DNA from: Gaiellaceae bacterium
GTDB taxonomy: Bacteria; Actinomycetota; Thermoleophilia; Gaiellales; Gaiellaceae
Reading direction: 5' to 3'
NCBI GenBank assembly: GCA_035258645.1
Contig: DATFXA010000010.1
Location: 1-27,564, forward strand
DNA: 27,564 nt
The translations under genes and the position numbers were made by a program. Under the pieces are notes generated by a model, which had not been told where the DNA came from, did no database searches, and saw only the letters and a list, made by a program, of their open reading frames with translations. Below, one piece after another: positions 1 through 10,202 of the stretch. The first letter of the stretch is position 1; every line of letters begins with the position of its first letter.

Positions 1-27
1 GGCAAATTGATGGAAGAGTCTTAGCTT

Positions 28-396
28 CTAAAACAGTGCGTGCCTGTTATCGGAAACGAGCCCCAGAAAGATGAGCAGGAGCCCGAGCACGACGAAAAGG
101 GCCGACGAATTGATCGCTTCTTCGGTTTCCTCCCGGGTCGCCCAGCGAACCCGGCGCCCGCGCGGACGGGAGAGCAAACCGGCCTGATCGTCGTCGCTTC
201 GCTGCCGAACCGGCCCCCGGTTGCCAAAGAAGAAAGCTGCGAGCAGCAGGAAGGAGCCGACGAGGTAGTACCCGAGCGCGATCGAACGCGGGATCGACGC
301 GCCGAGCAGTAGCCCGAGGACGACCGACACGATCACCGTTCCCCCACCGATCGCGCCCACCAGCAGTGCGAACCGGCGCAGAGCCGGAAGCCACAT
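28..396 (-). CDS. Small hypothetical membrane protein (122 aa, about 3 hydrophobic segments), last gene of the ABC operon
   Basis: ATG at 394-396 lies 12 nt after the oppF stop; TAG at 28-30. Hydrophobic stretches: FALLVGAIGGGTVIVSVVLGLLLG, IALGYYLVGSFLLLAAFFFG, ALFVVLGLLLIFLGLV. No family recognised. Confidence 0.7.
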   Translation of the reverse strand: MWLPALRRFALLVGAIGGGTVIVSVVLGLLLGASIPRSIALGYYLVGSFLLLAAFFFGNRGPVRQRSDDDQAGLLSRPRGRRVRWATREETEEAINSSALFVVLGLLLIFLGLVSDNRHALF

Positions 397-408
397 TACG
401 TCAGAACC

Positions 409-1467
409 CTACGAGACAGGTGTGGGCTCAGCCGGCGGGTGGCCTGCTGCCGGCTTCCTGAACTCGTCCGCAGCGAGAGGCCAGCGTTCGAGCGGATAGT
501 GGCACGCGGCGATATGCCCGTCGCCGAAGGGATAGAGCGGTGGATCGACCACGTCGCAGTGCCCCGCCTGGAAGCGCGGGCAGCGAGGATGGAAGTTGCA
601 GGCGCTCGGCGGATTGAGCGGGCTCGGAACGTCGCCCTCGAGCACGATCGGCTGCCGGGCGCGACCGCGCTCGGGATCGGCGATCGGAACGGCCGAAAGC
701 AGCGCTCCCGTGTAGGGATGCTTGGGCTGCTCGTAGAGCTCCAGCTTCGGCGCGAGCTCGACGACCTTGCCGAGGTACATGACGAGCACGCGGTCCGAGA
801 TGTGGCGGACGACGTTGAGGTCGTGGGCGATGAAGATGTACGTCAGCCCGAAGTCCTGCTGCAGGTCCTCGAGCAGGTTGAGGATCTGAGCCTGCACGGA
901 GACGTCGAGCGCCGAGACCGGCTCGTCACAGACGATCAGCTTCGGGTTGATGGCGAGCGCTCGCGCGACGCCGATCCGCTGGCGCTGGCCGCCTGAGAAC
1001 TCGTGCGGAAAGCGGTTGTAGTGCTCGGGGTTGAGGCCGACCACTTCGAGGAGCTCCTGCACGCGGCGCTTCGTCTCCGAGGCGGTGCCGACCTTGTTCA
1101 CCTCGAGCGCCTCGCCCACGATCTGGCCGACGCGCTTGCGGGGATTCAGCGACGCGTACGGATCCTGGAAGATCATCATCATCTCCCGCCGGATCGGCCG
1201 CATGTTCGTGCGCGAGAGCTTCGTGATGTCGCGACCGTCGAAGACGATCGTGCCGTCGGTGATGTCGAACAGCCGCATGATGCAGCGTGCGAGCGTCGAC
1301 TTCCCGCAACCGGACTCGCCGACGATCCCGAGCGTCTCGCCCGACTTGACGGAGAAGCTGACGCCGTCGACCGCCTTCACGGCGCCGACCTGCTTCTGAA
1401 AGATGATCCCGCGGGTGACCGGGAAGTGCTTCTTGACGTCGTCTACGACGAGGAGGTCTTCGGCCAT
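409..1467 (-). CDS. oppF: Oligopeptide/dipeptide ABC transporter ATP-binding subunit (OppF/DppF-like, 352 aa)
   Basis: Start reassigned to ATG 1465-1467 (MAEDLLVVDDVKKHF). Walker A GESGCGKST, Q-loop FQDPYASLNP, signature FSGGQRQR, Walker B IVCDE, H-loop IAHD, C-terminal CNFHPRCP..C..C. Confidence 0.95.
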   Translation of the reverse strand: MAEDLLVVDDVKKHFPVTRGIIFQKQVGAVKAVDGVSFSVKSGETLGIVGESGCGKSTLARCIMRLFDITDGTIVFDGRDITKLSRTNMRPIRREMMMIFQDPYASLNPRKRVGQIVGEALEVNKVGTASETKRRVQELLEVVGLNPEHYNRFPHEFSGGQRQRIGVARALAINPKLIVCDEPVSALDVSVQAQILNLLEDLQQDFGLTYIFIAHDLNVVRHISDRVLVMYLGKVVELAPKLELYEQPKHPYTGALLSAVPIADPERGRARQPIVLEGDVPSPLNPPSACNFHPRCPRFQAGHCDVVDPPLYPFGDGHIAACHYPLERWPLAADEFRKPAAGHPPAEPTPVS

Positions 1468-1474
1468 GGGTGCT

Positions 1475-2497
1475 TTAGATTGCCTGAGCCATCGTGGTTT
1501 CGAGCAACTTGGCCGCCTCGCGGTCCTTCGTCGTCTCGTCCAGATGGCAGGCCTGCAGGTGGGCGGGATCGTCAGAGATCGGCACGAGCGGCGGGTCGAT
1601 CTGCTTGCACTTGTCCATAACGTATGGGCAGCGCGGATGGAAGCGGCACCCGTTCGGCGGCCGGAGCAGCGACGGAGGCTGTCCGGGGATCTGGACGAGG
1701 CGCTCGAGATCGGTGTCCAGCCTCGGCAGCGAACCGAGCAGGCCCCACGTGTACGGGTGGAACGGACGCCTGAAGAGCTTCTCGACGGGCGCCTGCTCTG
1801 CGACCTCGGCCGCGTACATGACGAGGACGTCGTCCGCCGACTCGGCGACGACACCGAGGTCGTGCGTGATCACGATGATCGCGCTGCCGAATTCCTCCTG
1901 CAGGTTCGTGAGCAGCAACATGATCTGGGCCTGCGTCGTCACGTCGAGCGCAGTCGTCGGCTCGTCGGCGATCAGAAGGTCCGGGTCGTTGACGAGCGCC
2001 ATCGCGATCATCACGCGCTGGCGCATCCCGCCTGAGAACTGGTGCGGGTAGTCGTCTGCGCGCCGCTCGGCGCGCGGAATTCCGACGGCCTTCAGCAGCT
2101 CGACGGCGCGTGCGCGCGCGGCCTTCTTGGAGACGTCGCGATGAAGCTGGACCGCCTCGATCAGCTGAGTTCCGATCGAGTGGACCGGGTTCAGCGACGT
2201 CATCGGGTCCTGGAAGATCATGGCCATGTCGTTGCCGCGGATCTCGCGCAGGCGCCGCGAGCCGGCAGTCAACAGGTTCTCGCCGTTGAACAGAGCCTCA
2301 CCGCTCGTGATCGTGTTCTTGCGGTCGTTCAGGCCCATGATCGTCAGGCAGGTGACGCTCTTCCCCGAGCCGGACTCGCCGACGATCCCGAGCGTCTTGC
2401 CCTTTTCGACGCTGAAGCTGACGCCGTCGACCGCCTTGACGATTCCATCGTCGGTCTGGAAGTACGTCTTGAGATCGTTGACTTCGAGGAGGGCCAA
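1475..2497 (-). CDS. oppD: Oligopeptide/dipeptide ABC transporter ATP-binding subunit (OppD/DppD-like, 340 aa)
   Basis: TTG start with [53 protein letters not shown]-terminal [10 protein letters not shown]. Confidence 0.95.
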   Translation of the reverse strand: MALLEVNDLKTYFQTDDGIVKAVDGVSFSVEKGKTLGIVGESGSGKSVTCLTIMGLNDRKNTITSGEALFNGENLLTAGSRRLREIRGNDMAMIFQDPMTSLNPVHSIGTQLIEAVQLHRDVSKKAARARAVELLKAVGIPRAERRADDYPHQFSGGMRQRVMIAMALVNDPDLLIADEPTTALDVTTQAQIMLLLTNLQEEFGSAIIVITHDLGVVAESADDVLVMYAAEVAEQAPVEKLFRRPFHPYTWGLLGSLPRLDTDLERLVQIPGQPPSLLRPPNGCRFHPRCPYVMDKCKQIDPPLVPISDDPAHLQACHLDETTKDREAAKLLETTMAQAI

Positions 2498-2530
2498 GCT
2501 ACGCCCTCCTCAGCTTCCGCTCAGGCGCCA

Positions 2531-3541
2531 TCAACTGAGCCGGATCCTTGGATCGATCCAGGCGTAGAGCAGGTCAATGATCAGGTTGAAGACGATGATC
2601 GCGAAGGTAGCGAACACCACCACGCCCATGACGATCGGTAAGTCGGTCTCGCCGATTGCCCGCAGGATCAGCTTGCCGAGCCCCGGCAGGTTGTAGATCG
2701 TCTCGGTGAAGACCGCACCGCCGAGACCGACGCCGATGTCCATGCCGAGCATCGTCACGACCGGTAGCAAGGCGTTGCGAAGGACGTGCGAGCGCAGGAC
2801 CCGCTGCTCGGGCGCGCCCTTGGCGCGCGCGGTCCGCACGTAGTCCTCGGTCATCGCCTCCATCACGTTCGCTCTGATCATGCGCGCGTAAAGGGCCGCG
2901 AAGAGGATCGCGTAGGTGATCCACGGCAAGATCAAGTGGTAAGCCCACTGAACCGGGCCGCCGCAGCCGCCTGCGTGGTTGAAGAAGTTGCAGTAGTTGG
3001 AGATCGGGAACCAGCCCAGCCTGAACCCGAAGACGTAGGCGAAGATCAGCCCGATCCAGATCGGGTGGGCGGAGATCCCGACCAGCACGAACGTCATTGA
3101 CGCCCTATCCATGACCGAGCGCGGTCGTAAGGCAGAGAGGATCCCGATCGGGAGCGCGATCAACAGCCAGACGATGACGCCTCCGAAGACGAGCGAGCCC
3201 GTCACCGGAGCCGCTGACTTGATCAGCTCGTTGACCGGGGTCGCGCGAATGTATGAGTAGCCGAGGTTGCCCTGCGGGCGCACGAACACCGGTACGGAGC
3301 CGACATGCACCGGGACAGGCTTGACCAGCGCCCACATGAACTTCCCGTACTGGACGTAGACGGGGCGGTCGAGCCCTAGGTGGTGGATCGCCCGCGCGCG
3401 CGCCTCCTGGCTCGATCCCTGTCCGGCCACCTTGGCGGCCAGGTCGTTCGGGACCAGGAAGAAGATCACGTACGTGACCAGGGTGACGACGACGAACAGC
3501 ACGATCGCCCAAAGAACTCGCCTGATCAGGTACCGAATCAT
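2531..3541 (-). CDS. oppB: Peptide/nickel ABC transporter permease (OppB/DppB-like, 336 aa)
   Basis: N-terminal MIRYLIRR, LGLDRP..QY, EAA-loop equivalent EDYVRTARAKG..E..V..H.LRNAL, C-terminal DLLYAWIDPRIR; about 6 hydrophobic segments. Confidence 0.93.
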   Translation of the reverse strand: MIRYLIRRVLWAIVLFVVVTLVTYVIFFLVPNDLAAKVAGQGSSQEARARAIHHLGLDRPVYVQYGKFMWALVKPVPVHVGSVPVFVRPQGNLGYSYIRATPVNELIKSAAPVTGSLVFGGVIVWLLIALPIGILSALRPRSVMDRASMTFVLVGISAHPIWIGLIFAYVFGFRLGWFPISNYCNFFNHAGGCGGPVQWAYHLILPWITYAILFAALYARMIRANVMEAMTEDYVRTARAKGAPEQRVLRSHVLRNALLPVVTMLGMDIGVGLGGAVFTETIYNLPGLGKLILRAIGETDLPIVMGVVVFATFAIIVFNLIIDLLYAWIDPRIRLS

Positions 3542-3583
3542 CGCGCCGCCCCTACCGTGGAGGAAGAGCTTACCTTGTACGAA

Positions 3584-3628
3584 GACAGCGAGGCGCCGAC
3601 CCTAGTGTGGGATCGGCGCCTCGTCGTC
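3584..3628 (-). terminator. Long GC-rich stem-loop between oppA and oppB; attenuating or mRNA-stabilising hairpin with no U-tract
   Basis: CGAGGCGCCGA (3589-3599) and TCGGCGCCTCG (3613-3623) form a perfect 11-bp inverted repeat, extendable inward and outward with wobble pairs. Confidence 0.65.
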
Positions 3629-3652
3629 ATTCCTGCATCGGTCAGAAAGCCC

Positions 3653-5317
3653 TTACTTGAGGGCGATCCGGCCGAGGTCGATCTCGTAGACGGGTGACGT
3701 CTTGACCGTCGACGTGTCGACGCGCGAGGAGAAGAACTCGCGGTCGTTCCGGTTGTCGATCGGAGCCGTCGGCGACCACGTCTTCTGGATCTGATTATCG
3801 AGGTTGCCGTACGTGGAGAAGCGCTTCGCTCCACGCAGCTGAGCCGCACTGCGCATCAGCTTGTTCGCCGTCGGGTTGTTGAAGTAGGCCGTGTTGTTGT
3901 TCTGCACGTCCTGAATCGTGTCACCCGACAAGAGCTTGTTGATGTAGTCGTACGGATCCGGGAAGTCGGCCTGCCAGCCGACGATCGCGAAGTCGTAGTC
4001 GTTGCCCTTCTTGCCGAGCGCGGTGAAGAGACCGCTCTGGAACGGCTTCGTGTCGATGTTGTTGAAGCCGATCGCGTTCAGCTGCGACGCGGCGAGGTGC
4101 TGGATCTGCGTGCCGAGCGTCGAGGCGGTGTACCAGTAGTTGATGTGCCCCGTGTGACCCTGCGCCAGGCTGCGAGCCTTGGCCAGGTCCTGCTTGCCCA
4201 GCGGGTACAGGCTGCACTTCTTGTAGCCCGGGATCGCCGGCGTCAGCATCGAGCACTGCGGCGAGCCGGCCCGCGGACCGCGGATCTTGACGAGCGACTT
4301 CCGGTTGATGCCGTACTCAACGGCCTTGCGGGCCGTCGCGTTCGCGAAGACGCCCTTCGAGTTGTTCATGGTCACGTAGTCGACGACCGAGGTCGCGAAC
4401 ACGCGGGCGCGGCCCTTCGTTCCGTACTGCGCGAAGAGCGGGCCCCAAGCCGTGGACGAGAGACCGTCCGCCGGCCAGTCGAGCTTGCCCTGCTTGGTGA
4501 GCAGCAGCGCCTGGTCCTGCTGGATCCCGATTGAGTAGTCGATCCCGCTCACGTTGCCCGGATAGGGCACCGCGCCGGCCGGCTTGTAGAACTTGTTCAG
4601 CCGGACCGAGATCGAGCGATCGGGCGTGTAGCTGGAGACGTAGTACTTCCCGGCCGAGACGACGTTCTTCGGCGACGTGATCGGCTTCATCGGGAAGCTG
4701 GTCGGCGTGGCGCCGGTCTCGATCATCGCCATCAGCGTCGGAAGGAGCGCATTCGCCTTCACGAGCTTCAGAACCAGGGTGTACTTGTTCGGCGTGACGA
4801 TGCCGCTGACCGAGCCGTTGCCGGTCGTGTTGTACGCAATCGCGCCGCGGATGTTCACCGACGCCGGGTCGGTCAGGAACGATGCGATCGGCGAGCCGAC
4901 GTTCGGGTTGAGGATGCGCAGCAGCGTGTGCTTGTAGTTCGCCGACGTGACGGCCGAACCGTCGCTGAACCTCATTCCGTGCCGGACGTGGAACGTGTAC
5001 GTCTGGCCGTTAGGCGAGACGGTGTAGCTGCTCGCGCCCTCGTTGAGGAGGCGGTAGCCGCGTGCGCCCTCCGCATGGGCGAAGTTGAGCAGCGGACGCT
5101 GCGTCAGCCACTCGTACTGCGACTCTGGGACGTAGTACGAGCGCTGCGGATCGATGTTCTCGATCCCGGCGAAGAGGGAGGCCTTGAGAATGCCGCCCTT
5201 CTTGGCCTGGGGCGAGCTCTGCTTGTGAGCGCTCCCCGTGCTCGCGATGCCTGAGGCAGCCAGCATCGCCGCTCCGATCGCCAACATGGCGAGCGAAAGC
5301 GTCAGTCGCTTATACAT
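3653..5317 (-). CDS. oppA: ABC transporter substrate-binding protein, family 5 (OppA/DppA-like, 554 aa)
   Basis: ATG 5315-5317 with AAGGAG RBS and an N-terminal signal peptide. Family-5 motifs: IDP, SPNGQTYTF.VR.G.RFSDG..VT, R.A..YGINR, GWQADFPDP. Confidence 0.92.
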   Translation of the reverse strand: MYKRLTLSLAMLAIGAAMLAASGIASTGSAHKQSSPQAKKGGILKASLFAGIENIDPQRSYYVPESQYEWLTQRPLLNFAHAEGARGYRLLNEGASSYTVSPNGQTYTFHVRHGMRFSDGSAVTSANYKHTLLRILNPNVGSPIASFLTDPASVNIRGAIAYNTTGNGSVSGIVTPNKYTLVLKLVKANALLPTLMAMIETGATPTSFPMKPITSPKNVVSAGKYYVSSYTPDRSISVRLNKFYKPAGAVPYPGNVSGIDYSIGIQQDQALLLTKQGKLDWPADGLSSTAWGPLFAQYGTKGRARVFATSVVDYVTMNNSKGVFANATARKAVEYGINRKSLVKIRGPRAGSPQCSMLTPAIPGYKKCSLYPLGKQDLAKARSLAQGHTGHINYWYTASTLGTQIQHLAASQLNAIGFNNIDTKPFQSGLFTALGKKGNDYDFAIVGWQADFPDPYDYINKLLSGDTIQDVQNNNTAYFNNPTANKLMRSAAQLRGAKRFSTYGNLDNQIQKTWSPTAPIDNRNDREFFSSRVDTSTVKTSPVYEIDLGRIALK

Positions 5318-5434
5318 CTGACTCCTTTCCGCTGAAAACAGGCCGGGACAATAGACCGGCCGCAGAAGATCTGCACGGTCTCTTTGACGTTCCGGTGTAC
5401 GTTTGGTTAGCGCGAGCGGGAGTGATTTCCGCAG

Positions 5435-5554
5435 CAGCGCTGTCTGCGCTGACTTGGGATCCGAAGGCGCCGACTTGGCGGCGCCGCCTAGAGGCCGTGC
5501 GGGCTTTGCCCGTGCGGCCGTCTTGACCCGGCTCGTTCGTCGAAAGCGGCCTCT
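5435..5554. other. Cluster of GC-rich inverted repeats in the oppC-oppA intergenic region
   Basis: Stems: CAGCGC/GCGCTG (5435-5451), GGCGCCG/CGGCGCC (5466-5485), GGCCGTGCGGGC-TTT-GCCCGTGCGGCC (5493-5519), AGAGGCCG/CGGCCTCT (5490-5497 with 5547-5554). Confidence 0.5.
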
Positions 5555-6645
5555 TACCGAGCTGACTTCGGGTCGAACGCGTCCCGCATACCATCGCCGA
5601 GCAGGTTGAAGGCGAGGGTCGTGAGCAGGATCGCCAGGCCCGGCCAAAGCATCAGCCAGGGCTGCGTCAGGTAGTACTGCGGCGCCGTCGACAGCAGGTT
5701 GCCCCACGTCGGCGTAGTGGGGTTGATGCCGAGCCCGAGGAAGGAGAGGCTCGCCTCGAGGAGGATGTACGTGGCCATCGTCAGCGTCGCGTAGACGATG
5801 ATCGGGGCGACCAGGTGCGGGACGATGTGCGAGCGCATGATTCGGCTGTCGCTGGCGCCGATCATCCGCGCCGCCTCGACGAACTCTTTCTCCCGAAGCG
5901 AAAGCACCTGCGCCCGCATGATCCTGGCTGGGTAGAACCAGCCAAGCAGGGTGAAGACAAGGACAAGCGTTATCACCCCCTGGGGAAAGATCCCGAAGGT
6001 GATGTGGTTGATACGCGGGCCGACGGTGGCGCTGAGGGCGATGATGAAGAGCAGCGCCGGGAAGACCATCGTCAGCTCGATCACACGCGAGATGGCCGTG
6101 TCGATCCAGCCGCGGTAGTAGCCCGCGAGCGTGCCCAGAAGGATGCCGATGATCATCACACCAAGCGTCGAGAGAATGGCGACCTCGAGCGACGCCCGGG
6201 CACCGTAGAGCAGGCGCAGGAATTCGTCGTAGCCAAGGACTCCGTCGGCGCCGAGGATGTAGAGCTGGTGCGCGTGCGGGTGGGCAACGCAGTCCGCAGG
6301 CGGGATCGCGAACCCGCTACAGGCGACGTGAGAGAGAGGGCCGACCGGAACCTGGTTGATGCCAGCCTGGCCGGCGTTCTGGTTGAAGTCGTTGACGCCG
6401 TGCCCCAGGTAGTGCGCGGCGATCGGCCCGCCGATGATCGCGGTGATGACGAGCAGGATGATGAAGACGCCGCTGCCGATTGCAACCTTGTCACGCCGGA
6501 AGCGACGCCAGACCTGTTCCCAGTAGCCGCGGGCGCGGACCTGCTCCAGCTCGCCGAGCTCGCCGTGCGACTCGACCGCGATCGCAGACGCAAGTCCGGC
6601 TTGTGAGCCGACGAGCTCGCTCTTTTGCTGCTCGGTCGTCGCCAC
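5554..6645 (-). CDS. oppC: Peptide/nickel ABC transporter permease (OppC/DppC-like, up to 363 aa)
   Basis: W.QVWRRFRRDK.A motif, LGAD.LG.D...RLLYGARASL, EAA loop EKEFVEAARMIGA, ILLEASLSFLGLG..P.TPTWG. GTG start is uncertain (no SD). Confidence 0.92.
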   Translation of the reverse strand: MATTEQQKSELVGSQAGLASAIAVESHGELGELEQVRARGYWEQVWRRFRRDKVAIGSGVFIILLVITAIIGGPIAAHYLGHGVNDFNQNAGQAGINQVPVGPLSHVACSGFAIPPADCVAHPHAHQLYILGADGVLGYDEFLRLLYGARASLEVAILSTLGVMIIGILLGTLAGYYRGWIDTAISRVIELTMVFPALLFIIALSATVGPRINHITFGIFPQGVITLVLVFTLLGWFYPARIMRAQVLSLREKEFVEAARMIGASDSRIMRSHIVPHLVAPIIVYATLTMATYILLEASLSFLGLGINPTTPTWGNLLSTAPQYYLTQPWLMLWPGLAILLTTLAFNLLGDGMRDAFDPKSAR

Positions 6646-6655
6646 AGGTGTTCGG

Positions 6656-6661
6656 AATATA
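6656..6661 (-). promoter_or_regulatory. Candidate -10 element (TATATT) for the opp operon
   Basis: TAnnnT match 10 nt upstream of the oppC GTG; the only AT-rich patch in the 70-nt atpG-oppC gap; no clear -35. Confidence 0.4.
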
Positions 6662-6715
6662 GCTGGGCAGGGATTACCCGGCTACAGGCGTATAGACGCG
6701 TCGGCCCGGCTCTAG

Positions 6716-7605
6716 TTAGGCCGTCAAGGCGTCGGCGCCGGCGACAACCTCCAGGATTTCTTGCGTGATTTCCGCCTGGCGGGCGCGGTTCATCGCCAGG
6801 GTCAGGTTGGAGATCAACTCGCCGGCGTTCTTCGAGGCGCTGCGCATCGCGGTCGCGCGGGCACCCTGCTCCGAGGCCGCGGACTCGAGCAGGGCCCGGT
6901 AGAGCTCCGTCTCGACGTAGACGGGCAGGAGCCGTTCGAGGATCTGCTCCGGTTCGGGCTCGTAGATGAAGTCGCTGCGAAGCTCCGTTTGCTCGGCTTG
7001 CTCTTCGCTGCCCTCGATCAGCTTTTCCGGAATCGGCAGGAGGTCCTGGACTGTGACCAGCTGGACGAGCGGCGACTTGTAGCGGTTGTACACGACGACC
7101 ACGCGGTCGACCTCGTGATTCGCGTAAAGCTCGGCCGCCCGCCTGGCAATCGCCTGCGCGTCTCCGTACTCGGGACGCTCGCTGAACCCTTGCCAGCCCT
7201 GGATCAGCTCGTACCCGCGGAAGGTGAGGGTCGACCGGCCCCGGCGGCCGGCGACCAGCCACTTCACTTCGACCCCCTGTCCACGCAGCTCCCGTTCGAG
7301 CGCGAACGCCCGCCGCAAGACCTGCGCATTGAAGGCGCCTGCCAGGCCCCGGTCGGCGGTGATCGGAAGGAGCACGACGCGCGTGACCTCTTCCCTGCGC
7401 TCGAGTAGCGGCAGCCGTACCGAACCCGCTGCCTGGGCGGTGATGCCCATCAGCTCGAGCATTCGGTCGGCGTACGGCCGCATCGCTTCGATGCGCGACT
7501 CCGCCCTTCGAAGGCGTGCCGAGGCGACGAGCTCGAACGCCTTCGTGATCTTCTGCGTGTTGCCGACGGAGCGGATCCGCCGCTTCAGGTCCTGGACGGT
7601 GGCCA

Positions 7606-7606
<1 letters not shown>
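6716..7606 (-). CDS. atpG: F1 ATP synthase gamma subunit (296 aa)
   Basis: LKRRIRSV.NTQKITKAFELVA, ITADRGLAGAFN, ALLESAASEQGAR.TAM.SAS.NA, NRARQAEITQEILEVVAGA; TAATG overlap with atpA. Confidence 0.98.
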
Positions 7607-9132
<1,526 letters not shown>

Positions 9133-9136
9133 AGCG

Positions 9137-9670
9137 TTATCTCCTTGTCGTAAGTTCTTGGCGGAGCCGGTCAAGGCGGCCGCGCACGCTCGCGTCGAGC
9201 CGCAGGGAACCAACCTGGAGGACGAGGCCGCCGATCAGATCCGGATCGACGCGTTGCGTCGCCTCCACCTTGCGGCCGGAAGCCTTTTCGATCTGGCCGA
9301 TCACGTCGCGCGCCTCGTGTTCGGAAAGCTCGACGGCGGTGGTGAGCTCGACGTCGAGAATGCCCTGCTCGCGTGCGACGAGCCGGTCGAACTCCCGCGC
9401 GATCTCCTCGACTTCGCCGCCGCGATTTTTCTCGGCGAGCAACAGCAGGAAGTTACGGACGAGCTGCTCGTCGCCGCCGAGGAGCTCCTCGAGCGCGGCA
9501 GCCTTCGCGCGTTGGTCGATTTGCGGGTTGCGGAGCAGCGCTCGCAGCTCGGGCACCTGGCGCTGCGCCTCGACGAAGTCGTCCAGCTCTTCGCGCACCG
9601 GCTCGAGCCGGCCCTCGTCGCGCGCAGCCTCGAACAGCGCGCGCGCGTACATGCGGTGGGCGACCGCCAT
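9137..9670 (-). CDS. atpH: F1 ATP synthase delta subunit (177 aa, not fused to b)
   Basis: [37 protein letters not shown]...LDASVRGRL; TAATG overlap with atpF. Confidence 0.95.
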   Translation of the reverse strand: MAVAHRMYARALFEAARDEGRLEPVREELDDFVEAQRQVPELRALLRNPQIDQRAKAAALEELLGGDEQLVRNFLLLLAEKNRGGEVEEIAREFDRLVAREQGILDVELTTAVELSEHEARDVIGQIEKASGRKVEATQRVDPDLIGGLVLQVGSLRLDASVRGRLDRLRQELTTRR

Positions 9671-10194
9671 TAGTCGTTGCGTTCCAGGACCGAGAAGTCC
9701 AGCTCGCCGATCGCCTCGTCGATCAGGCGGCGCTGATCTTTGTCGTCGAGCGCGCCGCGCGTCACCTTCTCGGCCGCGATCAGGCTGAGCTCGGCGACCT
9801 CGGCCCGGATCGCGTCGAGCGCGCGGCGGGTCTCGGCATCGATCTGGCGCTTCGTGTCATCGAGCCGACGCTGCCGGTCGGCCTCTGCCTCCTGCTTGAC
9901 ACGTCGCAGCTGCGCTTCGCCCTCGTGCCTCGCGGTCGTGCGGATGTCCTCCGCCTCGTCGCGTGCCTGGCCGATCAGCTTGCGGTGCTCCTCGAGCAGC
10001 TGTCGCGCTTCCGCGCGGGCCTCGTCTGCCTCGTCGAGCGAGCGGCGGATCCGCTCGCGCCGGTCGTCGATCAACTTCTGAATCGGGCCGAACGCGTACT
10101 TCCTGAGCACGAAGAGGGCGATCAGGAAGCAGACGATCGTCCAGATCATCAGCCCCGGCGTGACCTGGATCAGGGGGTTCGTGCCGAGCAGCAT
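9670..10194 (-). CDS. atpF: F0 ATP synthase b subunit (174 aa)
   Basis: ATG 10192-10194. One N-terminal TM (PGLMIWTIVCFLIALFVL), FGPI...IDDRRERI, then a long charged coiled coil; canonical operon position. Confidence 0.95.
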   Translation of the reverse strand: MLLGTNPLIQVTPGLMIWTIVCFLIALFVLRKYAFGPIQKLIDDRRERIRRSLDEADEARAEARQLLEEHRKLIGQARDEAEDIRTTARHEGEAQLRRVKQEAEADRQRRLDDTKRQIDAETRRALDAIRAEVAELSLIAAEKVTRGALDDKDQRRLIDEAIGELDFSVLERND

Positions 10195-10202
10195 CGGATT
10201 CC

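Noticed and set aside
5490-5520. GGGCAAAGCCC on the minus strand resembling part of a c-di-GMP-I riboswitch
   Set aside because: The rest of the consensus (GNRA tetraloop/receptor and P1 context) is not evident. Kept only as an unassigned structure.
5880-6250. Patches of A/T-ending codons in oppC (also near 17280-17420 and 18770-18860)
   Set aside because: They are short, unquantified by eye, keep the reading frame and have no boundary repeats. That is not enough to claim recombination or targeted diversification.
6646-6715. Possible atpD remnant or intrinsic terminator after atpG
   Set aside because: The gap is only 70 nt, with no beta-subunit-like coding and only 3-4 bp stems without a U-tract.
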